A DNA stretch of 63,915 nucleotides, counting the filler. It is 9 parts of 9 records of this genome, joined end to end, with 100 filler letters (N's around TTAATTAATTAA, not from the genome) between each part and the next. Parts side by side here need not be neighbours in the genome. Positions count along the whole stretch, not along the records: positions 34,973 to 46,429 come from SRR31156797_68139; positions 46,530 to 52,279 come from SRR31156797_68323; 7 more parts are not named here. The stretch is one strand, 5' to 3'. The position numbers were made by a program, and so were the translations under genes. The notes beneath the pieces are model-generated. The model searched no databases. It was not told where the DNA came from and saw only the letters and a list, made by a program, of their open reading frames with translations. Shown here in pieces: positions 39,230 through 50,268 of the stretch. How positions within the stretch are numbered: position 1 is the first letter of the stretch; each line of letters opens with the position of its first letter.

Positions 39230-42200
39230 CTAATTCTTAATTATTTTGAATGTTCTGTTTTTTTGCCCGTTAACTGAAAGGAAATAAATTCCCGGAACTA
39301 ATTCAGATAAGTTAATTGTTGAATTACCACTTACATATTTTTTAAAAAGTAGTTTTCCGGTCATATTAAAAATCGCTAATTCCGTTTTTGTGTTATATCG
39401 TATTCCATCTACCTGAATAATCCCTTTTGTAGGGTTTGGATAGACTTTGATTTGTAACAAGTCATCATGATAGCGAATTGCGGAAATATAACTATCATAT
39501 TCAAATGCCCCAATATCAACCACTTCATTTTCATCTCCGTTACCATCAACAATTCTAATTTTATTGTCAAAATCATTTTCAAAATCTACATAATCATTGT
39601 TTCCTGCATCAATACAAGGAGAATTTTGAGAAAGCTGAAAATTTCCGTTTTCCGGATTTACAAACTGTGGATTGCTTTCAATATTGTTGCCTGCCTGATT
39701 TTGTACATTACAATATTTAAAAGATACGAAACCATTATATTCAGTATTAACCATTGGAGCGCTAGGGCCTATTATTGAATTTATAAAAGATATTTTTGAG
39801 TTGAAGGAATAAATTACATCCGAATTATAAAATACAGAATTTAATATTTCTAAATCTGCGTTACTTTTATTTCCTGATTTTTTTGAAGAAACAGCATTCA
39901 AATTCTCATGAATTATATTATTTGTTATTTGGGGATTTGTATGTCCTGTTCTTCGCATTGTGGAACCTGTTATACTTTGTGCTTCTCTTTCAATGGCATA
40001 GCATGAAATGGCATAGCCGTTGTTCTTGTAAAAAATATTTCCATTTATTTTTGGCGAAGCAGTAGATGTTCTTGAAATCGCAGTCCAAGAATATGGTACG
40101 CTTCCACTGGCTCTGCAAAATATTCCGTCAGCTTCATTAAATAGTATTTTGTTGTTCTCAATAATCGGACTTGCGCTTCCTCCTATGTCGTAACAATAAG
40201 CATCGCAGATAATTCCTGTCGAATTATATTTAAATTCAGAATTCTTGACTGTTCCTGATGCTATATTTTCATCACCATCAAAATAAATTCCACTATTTTT
40301 ATTATTACTTAAAGTTGAATTATTTAATTCAAAATCAGGGGTTTTTACAACAATCCCATTAATTGCATTTTTAATGTTGGCGGAATTTATTCTGGCTTTC
40401 TTGTTAACAATAATGCCATTCCAGTTTCCTGAATATTCTGGCAGTGAGTTTACTGTAACAGAATCATTTTCGTTGCCGTTTATTTCGAGTGAACCATTTA
40501 TTGTGAATGACAATGGTTCGGAGTTTATATTTGCAAGTATTAATACTCCGGGTTCTATTATTAATTCTTTGTTTAACGGAACTGTAACATCACATTCCAG
40601 AATGTAAATGTTTGCTGAATTCCAGGTTCCGAATGTTTCACCACAAATAGTTACAATATTTTTGTCGGTATATAAAAATACATCAGGAATGTTATGCGAG
40701 AATTCGCCTGAGTTAAACTGCATTTCCTTTAAACCCTGTGAATTTTCAGGAATTATTAAAGTTATTAATGAATCGGACCAACTGACAACATTTTCTACTT
40801 GAATTTCTCCAAGGTAGATTAACGAGTTGAATATTTCTTTTCCAAAATGTTGTCCGTATATATCAATTTGTTTGCCACCGGATGTGCTTCCATACTGATC
40901 TTCAACTTTTGTAATTAATGGATTGAAGAAAGTAAAAATAGATGTTCTGGTTCCGGTTAATCCATCACTATTTGTAATTTTCAGATCAGTTTTTTCTGCA
41001 CTGTGAGAGGGAATTATGCAAACAATTACAGAATCATTCCAACTTAAATATTCGGGTGTTTCAATATTGCCGAATTTCAATTCTCCTTCACCAATATCAC
41101 TTAGGAAATATTTTCCGGTAATTGTTATTGTATCGTTTCCAAGTATCGATGATTGATAAACAGTCATAAAATCAATTCTGGGTTGAGGTAAAAACGATGC
41201 TGCTTCATCGGTATTTCCATAAGCTCCCATGTTTATTCTACCCCCGTTTGGTGCAGGTTCATTCGAAAAATCGGTTTTAGGATTTCCCTTGTCTATACAT
41301 GGAGAATTTGGAGAAAGATGGTAATTTTCATTCTGCGCATGAACAAACTGAGGAGGAATATTATAGATATTCCCTGTTGAATCAATATAATTAGAAGGAA
41401 TTTGTTCTTCTTCAATTATTGAAAAACCAATTTTCGCATCATTTCCTGAATTGTGATTAAAAGGATTTACTACTGATTCTGAGTTGTAATAAATTATACT
41501 ATTTCGTATTTCAAACAAACCTGATATTCCTGTTCCTCCATTATTTGAAATTGTGCAGTTATTTATTACTCCTCGGTAGCCATCAATTCCATTATTGCTG
41601 TTATTGGTTATTAAGCAGTTTGTAATAAATGTACCCTCTGCTTTATAGCTAACATAAATTCCACTGTATGAATTTATTATTTTACAATTTCTAATATTTA
41701 CAGAGTCAGTATAAACATTTAAAGCACTTTCGTTTGAGTAAACTGTATTTCCAATAATTGTCGATATTTTGTATGCATTTTCAAATAAACAATAATTGAA
41801 ACTGCTGTTTATATTCGATTCGCTGTTAAGTACCACAGAGCCCCATTTGCCTGTATTTTCAGAACCGATAAATTCTATTTTGTTGTTTTTTTCACCATCT
41901 GCAATAAGGTTTCCAAATACAAAAATTGACCCTACATTCGATTTATCATCAAATCTGTAATCCTCATCAAAATCATCACCGGTTTTCATTTTTAGAACAG
42001 TTCCCGGCTCAATTGTAAGGGTCGAATCTTCAGGTACTATCATTTTTCCAAGAATCTGATAAGGTGAATGAATTTCCTTTAACGTGCCATAAACTTCACA
42101 ATCATTCGGAATTATATTTGGTGAAATTGTAAAAAAGTATGTTGAAGTATCTGAAATTTCCGGGTTGTTATTGTCTATTATTGCCCACATACAGCTGTCT

Positions 42201-45085
42201 GCAAATATTTCAGGAACTTTCCAATTGTAAGCTCCGTCATTTTCAGTATTCTCTATAATATTTTGCCAGCTTGAACCTTTGTTGGTGCTGTAAATTAATC
42301 TAACATCAGATAAACTGTCGTTTAAGTTCCATTTTAATTCATAAAATAAATTCGACACAAGATATTTATGTTTATATGGATCATAAATTCGCACAAAATC
42401 AGCGTTGTCATTAAATTCATAAGCACCAATATCAATTCTGCCATTTGAAATTCTTGAATTACCGGCAAAATCATTTTCAGGTAAACACAAACCAGTTGTA
42501 TCAAGTGTGCCACTGTTTATACAAATTGAACCAGCTAGTAATGAGAAATCGTTATTCAAAGTATCATTGAAAAGAGGATCGGCAATTATGTTTTCTCCTT
42601 CATCAATAACTTCAAATAAGAAAATTGAATCCTGAGTAAGGTTATTACTTGCTGTTATTGGGCTTTCGAATTCAAATGATGTTTGATTATCATACAAAAT
42701 GTTATTTTTAAATTTGGTATTGATTGAACTGTTTATTAATCCAATTTCATTTTGTGTAATTGTATTATTGTATATATCGGAGAAATATTGATTGTAAAGA
42801 GAAACTCCGGTTTCATTATCGAAAATAAGGTTATTAGTAAGTTTTGGTGCTCCTTTACTATAAAAATTTACACCTCTTAAATTGTTGTAAATTTTATTGG
42901 CATCAACAATACAAAAGCCATTTAAGTAATCACCCGATTCAGTACCGTTTATACCATACTGCAAATTATTCATAATTTCATTGCCTTGAATTAGTGGTCT
43001 GGAATCAATTACCCAGATCCCTTTGTTGTTGGAATTTATTTTGTTTTTCGAGATTATGGCATTGCTTTGACATACTATTCCATAATCGTTATTGGAAATG
43101 ATATTATTAACTATTTCCTGTTTTGACCAAACTAAAAGTAGTCCTCCTTGGTTCTTGTCGACAGTATTATTTTCGAATAAGGAATATGAATTAAAAATAT
43201 CAAATGCAGCATAATTATTTGTGAAATTGCAGTTCGATATTTTAGCAACACTTTTTCTTGATGTGATTGCACCTCCAAAATTATCAACTGTATTGCTCGA
43301 AGGATAAACAGAAATTTGTTTATTATGTTCAAATCTACAAAAATCAAAAATGCAGGTATCCTTTGTTTCATCCAACCATATACAACTCCATTCTCCGGTG
43401 GTTTCATACCTTGAAAAATAAATGGAATCCTGGTTTGTTCCCAAGGCTTTTAATTCTCCTTTTACATGAATTATTCCGATTTCAAACTCATAAGGTAATT
43501 GATAACTGGTTTTGGTACCCGATGCAATTTTTACCTCAACACCAGGTTCAATTATTAATGATTTTCCGTTCGGAATTATTGCTTCACCTAATATTATATA
43601 TGGTGATTCTTCATTTGTCCAAGTTCCATAAATTACCTCTTTGTGACCAATGAAATTTTTATTTGCTATTTGAACTGAAATTGTATCAAAAAGTAATTCA
43701 TTGGAGTTGTCAGATAGTTTTAATAAATAATTTCCAGAAGCAATTTCCGGAACAATCCATTTATATTCACCATTATTTGCTGTGTTTGAAGTTATTATAT
43801 TCCATGAGTTTCCTGAATTTGATGAATATTCAATTTTAATACCGGAAGCATTGCTTTTCCAGGTTATATTTTCTTCTTTCCCAATTTGTAGATATTCAAA
43901 TTTTGTTGGCTCTAATATCGATAAAAAATCATCCTGAAATTCAAATGCACCAATATCAATTGAATCATGTTGAATCCTGGTATTTTCATAGATATCGTAT
44001 ATTGTTATTTGATTATCGTCAGATAGATCTAATGTGCCTGTATTTATTGCAGCAGAATTGGGATTCAATTTAAAAGAAATTGTATCGATAAAAGAAGCTG
44101 TTTTGCCCAATATATTTCCACCATTATCAAAAATATCACTGTTAAATGATAAATCGTTTACTAAACAATTCTGCACGTAAAGAACTTGTATGTTTTTGTA
44201 TAATGCTCCATCATTCGATGTAATATTTATACCATTTTTCTCAATAATGTTATTTATACATTTTGTAATTTTTTCTGTAGTGAAATGACATATTTTATAT
44301 ATTCCAACTTTGGTATTTCCATAAATGGTATTGTTGTAAATTAGAGAGGATTGTTCATAATATTCATGTATCCCGTATTCGTTTTGATCTATAATATTTC
44401 CAAATATGAACATTGAATTTTCAAAATAGCTGTAGATTCCATTTTTAGTATTATTTGAAATTCTGTTATTTACAATTTCGGCATTACTGCTGGAGTATAA
44501 ATAAATTCCATTTTCACCATTAAATTTTATTTTGTTTTTTGAGATATTGGCATTTGCCGATTGCAATTGAATACCATTATAGTAATGGTTTGTTATTGAG
44601 CAGTTATTTATATAAACCGTTTTGCCTATTGTTGTAATTGACCCTTTTTGTTCATAATTTCCATTATTTAGTTTTCTTATTTTACTCGCATATAAGATTT
44701 TGCAATGTGCAATTTTTGAAGAATCGGGAGAGTTCCCTTCTAAAAACAATATGCCCCAATTTCCGCTGCTTCCGTTTCGTGTAAAGGTTATTGAGTCTGT
44801 TTTAGTTCCTTTTGCAATAATATTCCCTTTTACATATATCATTCCTGCATCAAAATTTCCCGAGTCATAATCGAAGTTGGTTCCGGTTTTGAGTTTTATT
44901 GTTACACCAGGCTCTATTGTTAAGGTTAAATTCTGTGGAATTGTTACTTCTCCATCAATAATATATGGAGAATTTATCTTAGTCCATGTTCCAGATGCTT
45001 CTGTACCATTAGGTATAATAGTTTGACAAATTGCTGAATTAATAATGACAAGGGAAACAGATAGTAACACGATTAGCTTTTTCAT
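39230..45085 (-). CDS. Giant T9SS-secreted protein (~1950 aa): four beta-helix modules, IPT/TIG domains and a C-terminal sorting domain
   Basis: Signal peptide MKKLIVLL, four GT(W/L)..Y..IEPG starts, DIGA(F/Y)E ends, VYPNP...GIYFL...KIIK C-terminal domain. Confidence 0.88.
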   Translation of the reverse strand: MKKLIVLLSVSLVIINSAICQTIIPNGTEASGTWTKINSPYIIDGEVTIPQNLTLTIEPGVTIKLKTGTNFDYDSGNFDAGMIYVKGNIIAKGTKTDSITFTRNGSSGNWGILFLEGNSPDSSKIAHCKILYASKIRKLNNGNYEQKGSITTIGKTVYINNCSITNHYYNGIQLQSANANISKNKIKFNGENGIYLYSSSNAEIVNNRISNNTKNGIYSYFENSMFIFGNIIDQNEYGIHEYYEQSSLIYNNTIYGNTKVGIYKICHFTTEKITKCINNIIEKNGINITSNDGALYKNIQVLYVQNCLVNDLSFNSDIFDNGGNILGKTASFIDTISFKLNPNSAAINTGTLDLSDDNQITIYDIYENTRIQHDSIDIGAFEFQDDFLSILEPTKFEYLQIGKEENITWKSNASGIKIEYSSNSGNSWNIITSNTANNGEYKWIVPEIASGNYLLKLSDNSNELLFDTISVQIANKNFIGHKEVIYGTWTNEESPYIILGEAIIPNGKSLIIEPGVEVKIASGTKTSYQLPYEFEIGIIHVKGELKALGTNQDSIYFSRYETTGEWSCIWLDETKDTCIFDFCRFEHNKQISVYPSSNTVDNFGGAITSRKSVAKISNCNFTNNYAAFDIFNSYSLFENNTVDKNQGGLLLVWSKQEIVNNIISNNDYGIVCQSNAIISKNKINSNNKGIWVIDSRPLIQGNEIMNNLQYGINGTESGDYLNGFCIVDANKIYNNLRGVNFYSKGAPKLTNNLIFDNETGVSLYNQYFSDIYNNTITQNEIGLINSSINTKFKNNILYDNQTSFEFESPITASNNLTQDSIFLFEVIDEGENIIADPLFNDTLNNDFSLLAGSICINSGTLDTTGLCLPENDFAGNSRISNGRIDIGAYEFNDNADFVRIYDPYKHKYLVSNLFYELKWNLNDSLSDVRLIYSTNKGSSWQNIIENTENDGAYNWKVPEIFADSCMWAIIDNNNPEISDTSTYFFTISPNIIPNDCEVYGTLKEIHSPYQILGKMIVPEDSTLTIEPGTVLKMKTGDDFDEDYRFDDKSNVGSIFVFGNLIADGEKNNKIEFIGSENTGKWGSVVLNSESNINSSFNYCLFENAYKISTIIGNTVYSNESALNVYTDSVNIRNCKIINSYSGIYVSYKAEGTFITNCLITNNSNNGIDGYRGVINNCTISNNGGTGISGLFEIRNSIIYYNSESVVNPFNHNSGNDAKIGFSIIEEEQIPSNYIDSTGNIYNIPPQFVHAQNENYHLSPNSPCIDKGNPKTDFSNEPAPNGGRINMGAYGNTDEAASFLPQPRIDFMTVYQSSILGNDTITITGKYFLSDIGEGELKFGNIETPEYLSWNDSVIVCIIPSHSAEKTDLKITNSDGLTGTRTSIFTFFNPLITKVEDQYGSTSGGKQIDIYGQHFGKEIFNSLIYLGEIQVENVVSWSDSLITLIIPENSQGLKEMQFNSGEFSHNIPDVFLYTDKNIVTICGETFGTWNSANIYILECDVTVPLNKELIIEPGVLILANINSEPLSFTINGSLEINGNENDSVTVNSLPEYSGNWNGIIVNKKARINSANIKNAINGIVVKTPDFELNNSTLSNNKNSGIYFDGDENIASGTVKNSEFKYNSTGIICDAYCYDIGGSASPIIENNKILFNEADGIFCRASGSVPYSWTAISRTSTASPKINGNIFYKNNGYAISCYAIEREAQSITGSTMRRTGHTNPQITNNIIHENLNAVSSKKSGNKSNADLEILNSVFYNSDVIYSFNSKISFINSIIGPSAPMVNTEYNGFVSFKYCNVQNQAGNNIESNPQFVNPENGNFQLSQNSPCIDAGNNDYVDFENDFDNKIRIVDGNGDENEVVDIGAFEYDSYISAIRYHDDLLQIKVYPNPTKGIIQVDGIRYNTKTELAIFNMTGKLLFKKYVSGNSTINLSELVPGIYFLSVNGQKNRTFKIIKN

Positions 45086-45484
45086 TTTATTGGTTTTATA
45101 GCGATCATTTCTTTTAAAAGTTATTTGTATTTTAAATAGAAACATCTGGTTTTTTAGCAAAAAGTCTTTCAATTTCCTGTTGGCTATACAGGAAGCTACA
45201 GTTCAATTGTTTATGATTTAATGATTGGGGTTTATATATTAAATTTTTGTGATAAAAAGTTACGAATTACTGTTGATATTGCAACTTTGGATTAATGCAT
45301 TTTTTGCATTTTAAGCATTAAATAGAATGAATCCATTTATTTTTTTTCTGAATTGATTGTTATCTTCGAATGGTTTTTTTACCGATTTTTGATTATTCCG
45401 AATTAATATGATTATGTGAAGTAACTTAATGAATTAATTTAATTCTGTTAAAATCTCATGGAACCTATAAATTCTTTTAGAAAC

Positions 45485-45516
45485 AAAAAAAAGGCCTCTG
45501 TACAGAGACCTTTTTT
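45485..45516 (-). terminator. Rho-independent terminator of rplS
   Basis: A8-GGCCTCTG-TA-CAGAGACC-T6. Confidence 0.7.
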
Positions 45517-45535
45517 AATATAGATTGATTTTTTC

Positions 45536-45883
45536 TTAAAATCTTTTTTCTTTGATACGGGCTTTTTTCCCTGTTCTTTCGCGCAGGTAAAAAATTCTTT
45601 TCCGGCGAACACTACCGTGTTTGTTTACTTCGATAGCATCGATAAAAGGTGAATGTAAAGGAAAAATACGTTCAACGCCAATATTCCCCGACATTTTACG
45701 AACTGTAAAAGTTTTAGTTGAACCTTCTCCACGTAACTGGATAACAACACCACGGAAGTTCTGAATTCTTTCTTTACTTCCTTCTCGAATTTTATAACTT
45801 ACGGTAATTGTATCTCCTGCACCGAATTTTGGCAACTCAGTTTCGGCTGCGAATTCGTTTTCTACAAATTTTATTAAATCCAT
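45536..45883 (-). CDS. rplS: 50S ribosomal protein L19
   Basis: GDTITV, KERIQ.F.G, TFTVRK, GVERIFP, VRR..FYLR. Confidence 0.97.
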   Translation of the reverse strand: MDLIKFVENEFAAETELPKFGAGDTITVSYKIREGSKERIQNFRGVVIQLRGEGSTKTFTVRKMSGNIGVERIFPLHSPFIDAIEVNKHGSVRRKRIFYLRERTGKKARIKEKRF

Positions 45884-45956
45884 TTCAGATATTTTTAATT
45901 AATGTTGGCAATGTTATCTGTCTACCGACTGATAAGAGATTGCATAAAATCGGCTG

Positions 45957-45964
45957 CAAAAATA
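45957..45964 (-). promoter_or_regulatory. Bacteroidota -7 promoter element of rplS
   Basis: Minus strand TATTTTTG followed by CAGCCG. Confidence 0.55.
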
Positions 45965-46042
45965 ATAAAAAAAATCATTCAACAATCTTAAAAGTATATC
46001 AATATTGAAATTAGTTAATTGATTTTCAGCGAATCGTTTAAT

Positions 46043-46429
46043 TTAATGCCCTGAACCTCCGATAACTTTAAAGTGTTCGCCTGTTGCTTTTACAATTGCT
46101 TCGTACCACCAATCGGGATATCCAGGTTGCAGTGGCCCGGCTGGCATTCCTGTTTCGGTTCGTTCGAATTGTCCGTCTTTTTCCCGTTTTATATTTCCAT
46201 CCATGTATTTTATTAATAAATACTGCCCCAGTTTTTTCCAACGGTACGTCATATTATTGGCTTCATTTACCGAGTATTCAGTAATAAATTCTCTCGCCTT
46301 TTTTTCTCCCGCTGAATTATAAAGGCTTTCTGCAGCTTTATCAATAACCGGAACATAAGAAACAAATTTATCTTCCAATTCATTTTGAACAAGTTGTACA
46401 TCTTTTATCATATCGCTGTATCGCAAATA
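46043..46429 (-). CDS. C69-family dipeptidase, C-terminal fragment
   Basis: W..L..YL..KYMDG.IK and PGYP..WY pattern of Bacteroidales dipeptidases. Confidence 0.65.
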   Translation of the reverse strand, partial: YLRYSDMIKDVQLVQNELEDKFVSYVPVIDKAAESLYNSAGEKKAREFITEYSVNEANNMTYRWKKLGQYLLIKYMDGNIKREKDGQFERTETGMPAGPLQPGYPDWWYEAIVKATGEHFKVIGGSGH

Positions 46430-46529
46430 NNNNNNNNNNNNNNNNNNNNNNNNNNNNNNNNNNNNNNNNNNNNTTAATTAATTAANNNNNNNNNNNNNNN
46501 NNNNNNNNNNNNNNNNNNNNNNNNNNNNN
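46430..46529. other. Artificial contig spacer
   Basis: N-run + TTAATTAATTAA + N-run. Confidence 0.98.
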
Positions 46530-46682
46530 AATTTTGCCTGCCGAGACGTCGGTGCGCCGTCAGGTTCGGGCGAACTGACGGGTCGGGTTCGGCGTAAGTC
46601 GCTAGAACGACATGGATTAAGGGGTGCCCGGACGGGGCGCAACGGTGGAGTCGCTGATTTGCTCAGGAAACGGAAGGTGACA

Positions 46683-47087
46683 ATGGGTTGGACTATCGCA
46701 GTGGTTCTGGGAGTCCTGCTCTTCGGGGCGGGTCTGGTGCGGTACCGAATGGGTCCGCGCGGGCTGGAAATGACGATTCCGCAACTTCTGGAACGTCTGG
46801 GCCAGTCGGATTGTGTCGTTCTCGATGTGCGTTCGGCCCGCGAGTATCGCTCGGGCCATATCCCCGGCGCTCTGCATATTCCCCATCGCCAGGTGGGTGC
46901 TCGTCTGGACGAACTGAAGCCTCACCAGGACCGCGACATCATCATCTACTGTCAGGCCGGCGTCCGGGCCCGCATTGCTCAGAACGCCCTGACCAAGGCC
47001 GGTTTCACCAAGACCTACCACCTTGTCGGTGATATGGCGGCCTGGCGCCGCGACAACCACGCCTTGGAGAGTGTCGCGGCTCCGTAG
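46683..47087 (+). CDS. Rhodanese-like protein with N-terminal TM
   Basis: LDVRS..EY..GHIPGA, YCQAGVRA, L.GDM.AW. Confidence 0.9.
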   Translation: MGWTIAVVLGVLLFGAGLVRYRMGPRGLEMTIPQLLERLGQSDCVVLDVRSAREYRSGHIPGALHIPHRQVGARLDELKPHQDRDIIIYCQAGVRARIAQNALTKAGFTKTYHLVGDMAAWRRDNHALESVAAP

Positions 47088-47126
47088 AACGCCAGACGCC
47101 CTCCTCTGTTCCCCAAGCCCCTTCGC

Positions 47127-47453
47127 TCACAAGCGATCGATCTTGGCCGCGAGAATGAAATCGTTTTCGTGCAGTCCGTCGATCTTGTGAGTCCATAGAG
47201 TGATCCTCACCATCCCGTAGCCCAGGTGGATGTCCGGATGGTGGCCTTCGGTTTCCGCCAGTTCGCCCACCTCGTTGACGAAATCCAGGGCCTGGCGGAA
47301 GTTCGGGAAGCGGTATTCGCGGTGAAGGTGATGCCCGTCGATCACCTGCCACTGGCGGTCCAGCAGGGCGGCGAATTGGCTCAGCCTCTCAGCCCTCAGC
47401 GGTTCGGCCTGACCCTGGCAAGGAACGCAATGCTTCTGTTGCAGAGCGGTCAT
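47127..47453 (-). CDS. phhB: Pterin-4-alpha-carbinolamine dehydratase
   Basis: CVPC, AE.EGHHPD, WTH...GL.ENDF..AAK. Confidence 0.92.
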   Translation of the reverse strand: MTALQQKHCVPCQGQAEPLRAERLSQFAALLDRQWQVIDGHHLHREYRFPNFRQALDFVNEVGELAETEGHHPDIHLGYGMVRITLWTHKIDGLHENDFILAAKIDRL

Positions 47454-47616
47454 GATGTGAACCCCTTTCTGCGTGGTGCCGCAGCGATCAAACCACCGCA
47501 GCTCATGCAGATACGCGTACGTGCGCTGAGACGTATCGGGTCACGTTTGGGGCGAAGAATCTGCCGAACTTGGGGAGATTTCCGTACCGATGTGCGTATC
47601 GCGCTCGTCCGGACCG

Positions 47617-49560
47617 CTACAGGCTGCCGGCGGTTCCAAGCTCTTGAAGATCGACACTCTGAAGGAAGACCTCGGCGGCCTTTTGGAGGCAAGCGTAGAA
47701 CGCGGTGGTGGGGCCGCTCTTGATGTCTGTCGACATTCCCTCAGTCGTCTGCTGGGCGAGCACACGGCCGGTCTTGGCATCGATGAGGGAGAACCGCAGT
47801 TTGGCTCGGTAGGTGCCGGTCTTGCGGTTGGCCTCCTTGGCGATTTCGACGAAGTGACATTGCAGCGCATGGCGGTGTTCATCCGCCAGGGAGCGGCGTG
47901 ATTGGACCACTTGCTCGTGCGTCACCAGCGCGCCGGGGACCTGATGGGCCGTCAGCGTTTTGCGGATCGCGCGCATGGTGCGCTTGGGGTCCGGGGCAAT
48001 CGCCTCCAGCCTGGCCTTGCTGTCATTGATGTTCACGCGGATGATGTCGTCCAGCCCGGTGGGAGGCGGTATCAGGATTGCGGCGGTGTCTTCCATGCCG
48101 GCCCGATCGCGCCTCGACAGCTTCAACTCGTCATGACGGAAGTACAACTCATAGGCCGGCGGCGGGATGATCACCACGGCCATATCCCGCTCGTCCGTCA
48201 GGGTGAAGGGACGCTGGAACGTCGTGCGTTCCTGGAAGTACAGGTAATGGGCGCCGGATATTTCGTGCTCTCCCAGGGGTAGGTTGAGGGCATAGATCTG
48301 CAACTGCCTGGGCAGGGTTTGCCAGCAGCGGGTGTCGGCTTCGGCCGTCATCGAGCCGGCCGCTCCTTGCACGGCGGCCCCGACCAGCGCCACGCCGAGC
48401 CCGGCAAGTCCTCCGACGTTGTTTCCTACTTCCGTGATCGTCTGGCCGACGCCGCGCGTGGTGGCGCGCGAGGCGGCCTTGCCGCGCAGGATGGCATCCA
48501 TCCGGCGTCCCCCGCGCGTCATCGCCTGGAACTCCAGGTCGACGCTCGTGGGCAGGCAGCCGCCGGCATCCAGGGCCTGGTCGTCCAGACGCAAGTCCGG
48601 TCCTTCGCAGGACAGGTCAAATTGTCGGAAGATCACCATCTCGGCGTCTGTACCGGTGCGGGTCTTCTCCACGCCGCGGCCGCGCGGCACCAGGACCAGC
48701 ACGTTGTACTGGCCGGAATAGAGCGGGCCCAGAAGCGTCGTGGCGTTGACGGACGCCATGTTCCGTTCCAGGATGGCGCTGAGGCTCTGGATTTCGGCCT
48801 GGATCTCGTCGTCTTTGCGTTTCTCTCCGACCTTGCGCCGTTCCTTGCGGGACATCTTCAGCAATTCCAGCAGATCCTGGCGCCGAGAGAAGTCCTCGCG
48901 GACCTGGGCGGAGGTCAGTTGGACGCTCTTGGCCGCGGCCTCACGCCGGGAGCGGAAAGATTCCTCCTCGCCGCGCAACTGGTAGCACTTGGCCTCCAGG
49001 GCGTGCAGCAAAGCGACATCCGAATCGAACAGGTTCTCAGCCGCGTCGGAATCGGCCAGAATGCCCGACTTGCAGGCCGCCAGCGCATTGTCGTAGTCGC
49101 CGCGATCCATGAAGATCAGCGCGAGCAGCAAATACGTTGTCGCCTGTTCGTAGGGATCGCCGCGATAGACCTTCTCGGCCTCGGCGCCGAACGCGGACAT
49201 GGCCTTCTTCTCTCGTTCGGCATCGACGTACGTGTTCAGCAAGGAATCGACCTGACGCAGGCGTTGCTCGGCGCTGTCCCAGTTGCCCTGGGCCAGCTCA
49301 CACATCGCACACTCGTTCAGGTAGAGCATGACACTCGGATGAACCGAGTCGGCCAGGGCCGCGAATTGCTGGGCCGCCTCTTCGTAGCGACCGCACCAGA
49401 AGGCGTCTCGGGCCTGGTCGGCCTGCCGTTCCATGCGGTTCAGTTCCTCGAGCCATTCGGGCGCCTTGGCCCGCAGCGCGCTGCCGCCGGCCAGAACCAG
49501 AACCAGGCACGCCAGCCACGCGGGGCCTATGCTTCGAGACGATCTGCTTGCGTCAGTCAT
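47617..49560 (-). CDS. Exported TPR protein, COG3014-like, with a C-terminal LpoB/CsgG-like strand motif
   Basis: Signal peptide, TPR helices, YRGDPYE, ADTRCWQTLP, C-terminal LIDAKTGRVL. Confidence 0.7.
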   Translation of the reverse strand: MTDASRSSRSIGPAWLACLVLVLAGGSALRAKAPEWLEELNRMERQADQARDAFWCGRYEEAAQQFAALADSVHPSVMLYLNECAMCELAQGNWDSAEQRLRQVDSLLNTYVDAEREKKAMSAFGAEAEKVYRGDPYEQATTYLLLALIFMDRGDYDNALAACKSGILADSDAAENLFDSDVALLHALEAKCYQLRGEEESFRSRREAAAKSVQLTSAQVREDFSRRQDLLELLKMSRKERRKVGEKRKDDEIQAEIQSLSAILERNMASVNATTLLGPLYSGQYNVLVLVPRGRGVEKTRTGTDAEMVIFRQFDLSCEGPDLRLDDQALDAGGCLPTSVDLEFQAMTRGGRRMDAILRGKAASRATTRGVGQTITEVGNNVGGLAGLGVALVGAAVQGAAGSMTAEADTRCWQTLPRQLQIYALNLPLGEHEISGAHYLYFQERTTFQRPFTLTDERDMAVVIIPPPAYELYFRHDELKLSRRDRAGMEDTAAILIPPPTGLDDIIRVNINDSKARLEAIAPDPKRTMRAIRKTLTAHQVPGALVTHEQVVQSRRSLADEHRHALQCHFVEIAKEANRKTGTYRAKLRFSLIDAKTGRVLAQQTTEGMSTDIKSGPTTAFYACLQKAAEVFLQSVDLQELGTAGSL

Positions 49561-49603
49561 GGAAACTACCTCGTCGATACCGTCCGGGTCGAACTGAGCC
49601 GGA

Positions 49604-50215
49604 CTACTGTGATTCGATGGTCTGATCTTTCGTCAGAAACGCGACCGTTTCGTTTGCGAATTTATCGGCGCATTTCAAGAGCGCCTCCTGCGAGGCGGCG
49701 GCCGTGGGTTTGTCCCCGATGGATTCGGTGACCACGATTCGGCACGTGGCAATCTGACCCTTCTTCTTCTTGACCTGTTTGTCGGTGACTGTCACGGCCC
49801 CGCTCAACATGAATTGATAAGCGCCGGTCTTGATCCCTACGACTGTCGTGGGCACAAACCAGCCCCATTGCACGATGTCGATCTCGGTGTTGAGTTGGCC
49901 TTCTTCATAGACGTCGAAGTAGTCCTCGATCTCGGCTTCGAATTCCTGCCGCACAAGTTCTTTCACGGTATCACCGATGATCCCCTCCATCGCTTCCTGC
50001 ATCTTGTCCGCGCGGCCGGCGGTGACCATCATCCCGATGAGGCCGCCTTGGCCTGAGTCCTGCATCTTCGCCTTCTCGGGGCACTCATCAATGACGACGG
50101 ACATCTCCGGTTCCTGCTCGAAATAGGCGTGAGGAATGGGCTTTGCGCTGTAGCAGCCGCTTCCGAGGAAGCAGACGACGGCGGACAAGAGCAGCAGCAT
50201 GGTTGATTTCTTCAT
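49604..50215 (-). CDS. Hypothetical lipoprotein
   Basis: Lipobox GSGC; GGLIG motif; in operon. Confidence 0.75.
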   Translation of the reverse strand: MKKSTMLLLLSAVVCFLGSGCYSAKPIPHAYFEQEPEMSVVIDECPEKAKMQDSGQGGLIGMMVTAGRADKMQEAMEGIIGDTVKELVRQEFEAEIEDYFDVYEEGQLNTEIDIVQWGWFVPTTVVGIKTGAYQFMLSGAVTVTDKQVKKKKGQIATCRIVVTESIGDKPTAAASQEALLKCADKFANETVAFLTKDQTIESQ

Positions 50216-50268
50216 GACGGGTTCTCCCCTGATTCAATAACATCCGTTTCGTTGAACGACAGGTGATC

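Noticed and set aside
46552-46581. SRP RNA or group II intron 5' end (GTGCGCCGTCAGGTTCGGGCGAACTGACGG)
   Set aside because: Lacks the SRP GGAA loop and GGAAGCAGC motif, and no intron domains or RT follow; only a simple hairpin at a contig edge.
46594-46622. Degenerate TAAGTC...TTA palindrome, with a similar stretch near 52113-52140
   Set aside because: Too degenerate to distinguish from chance.
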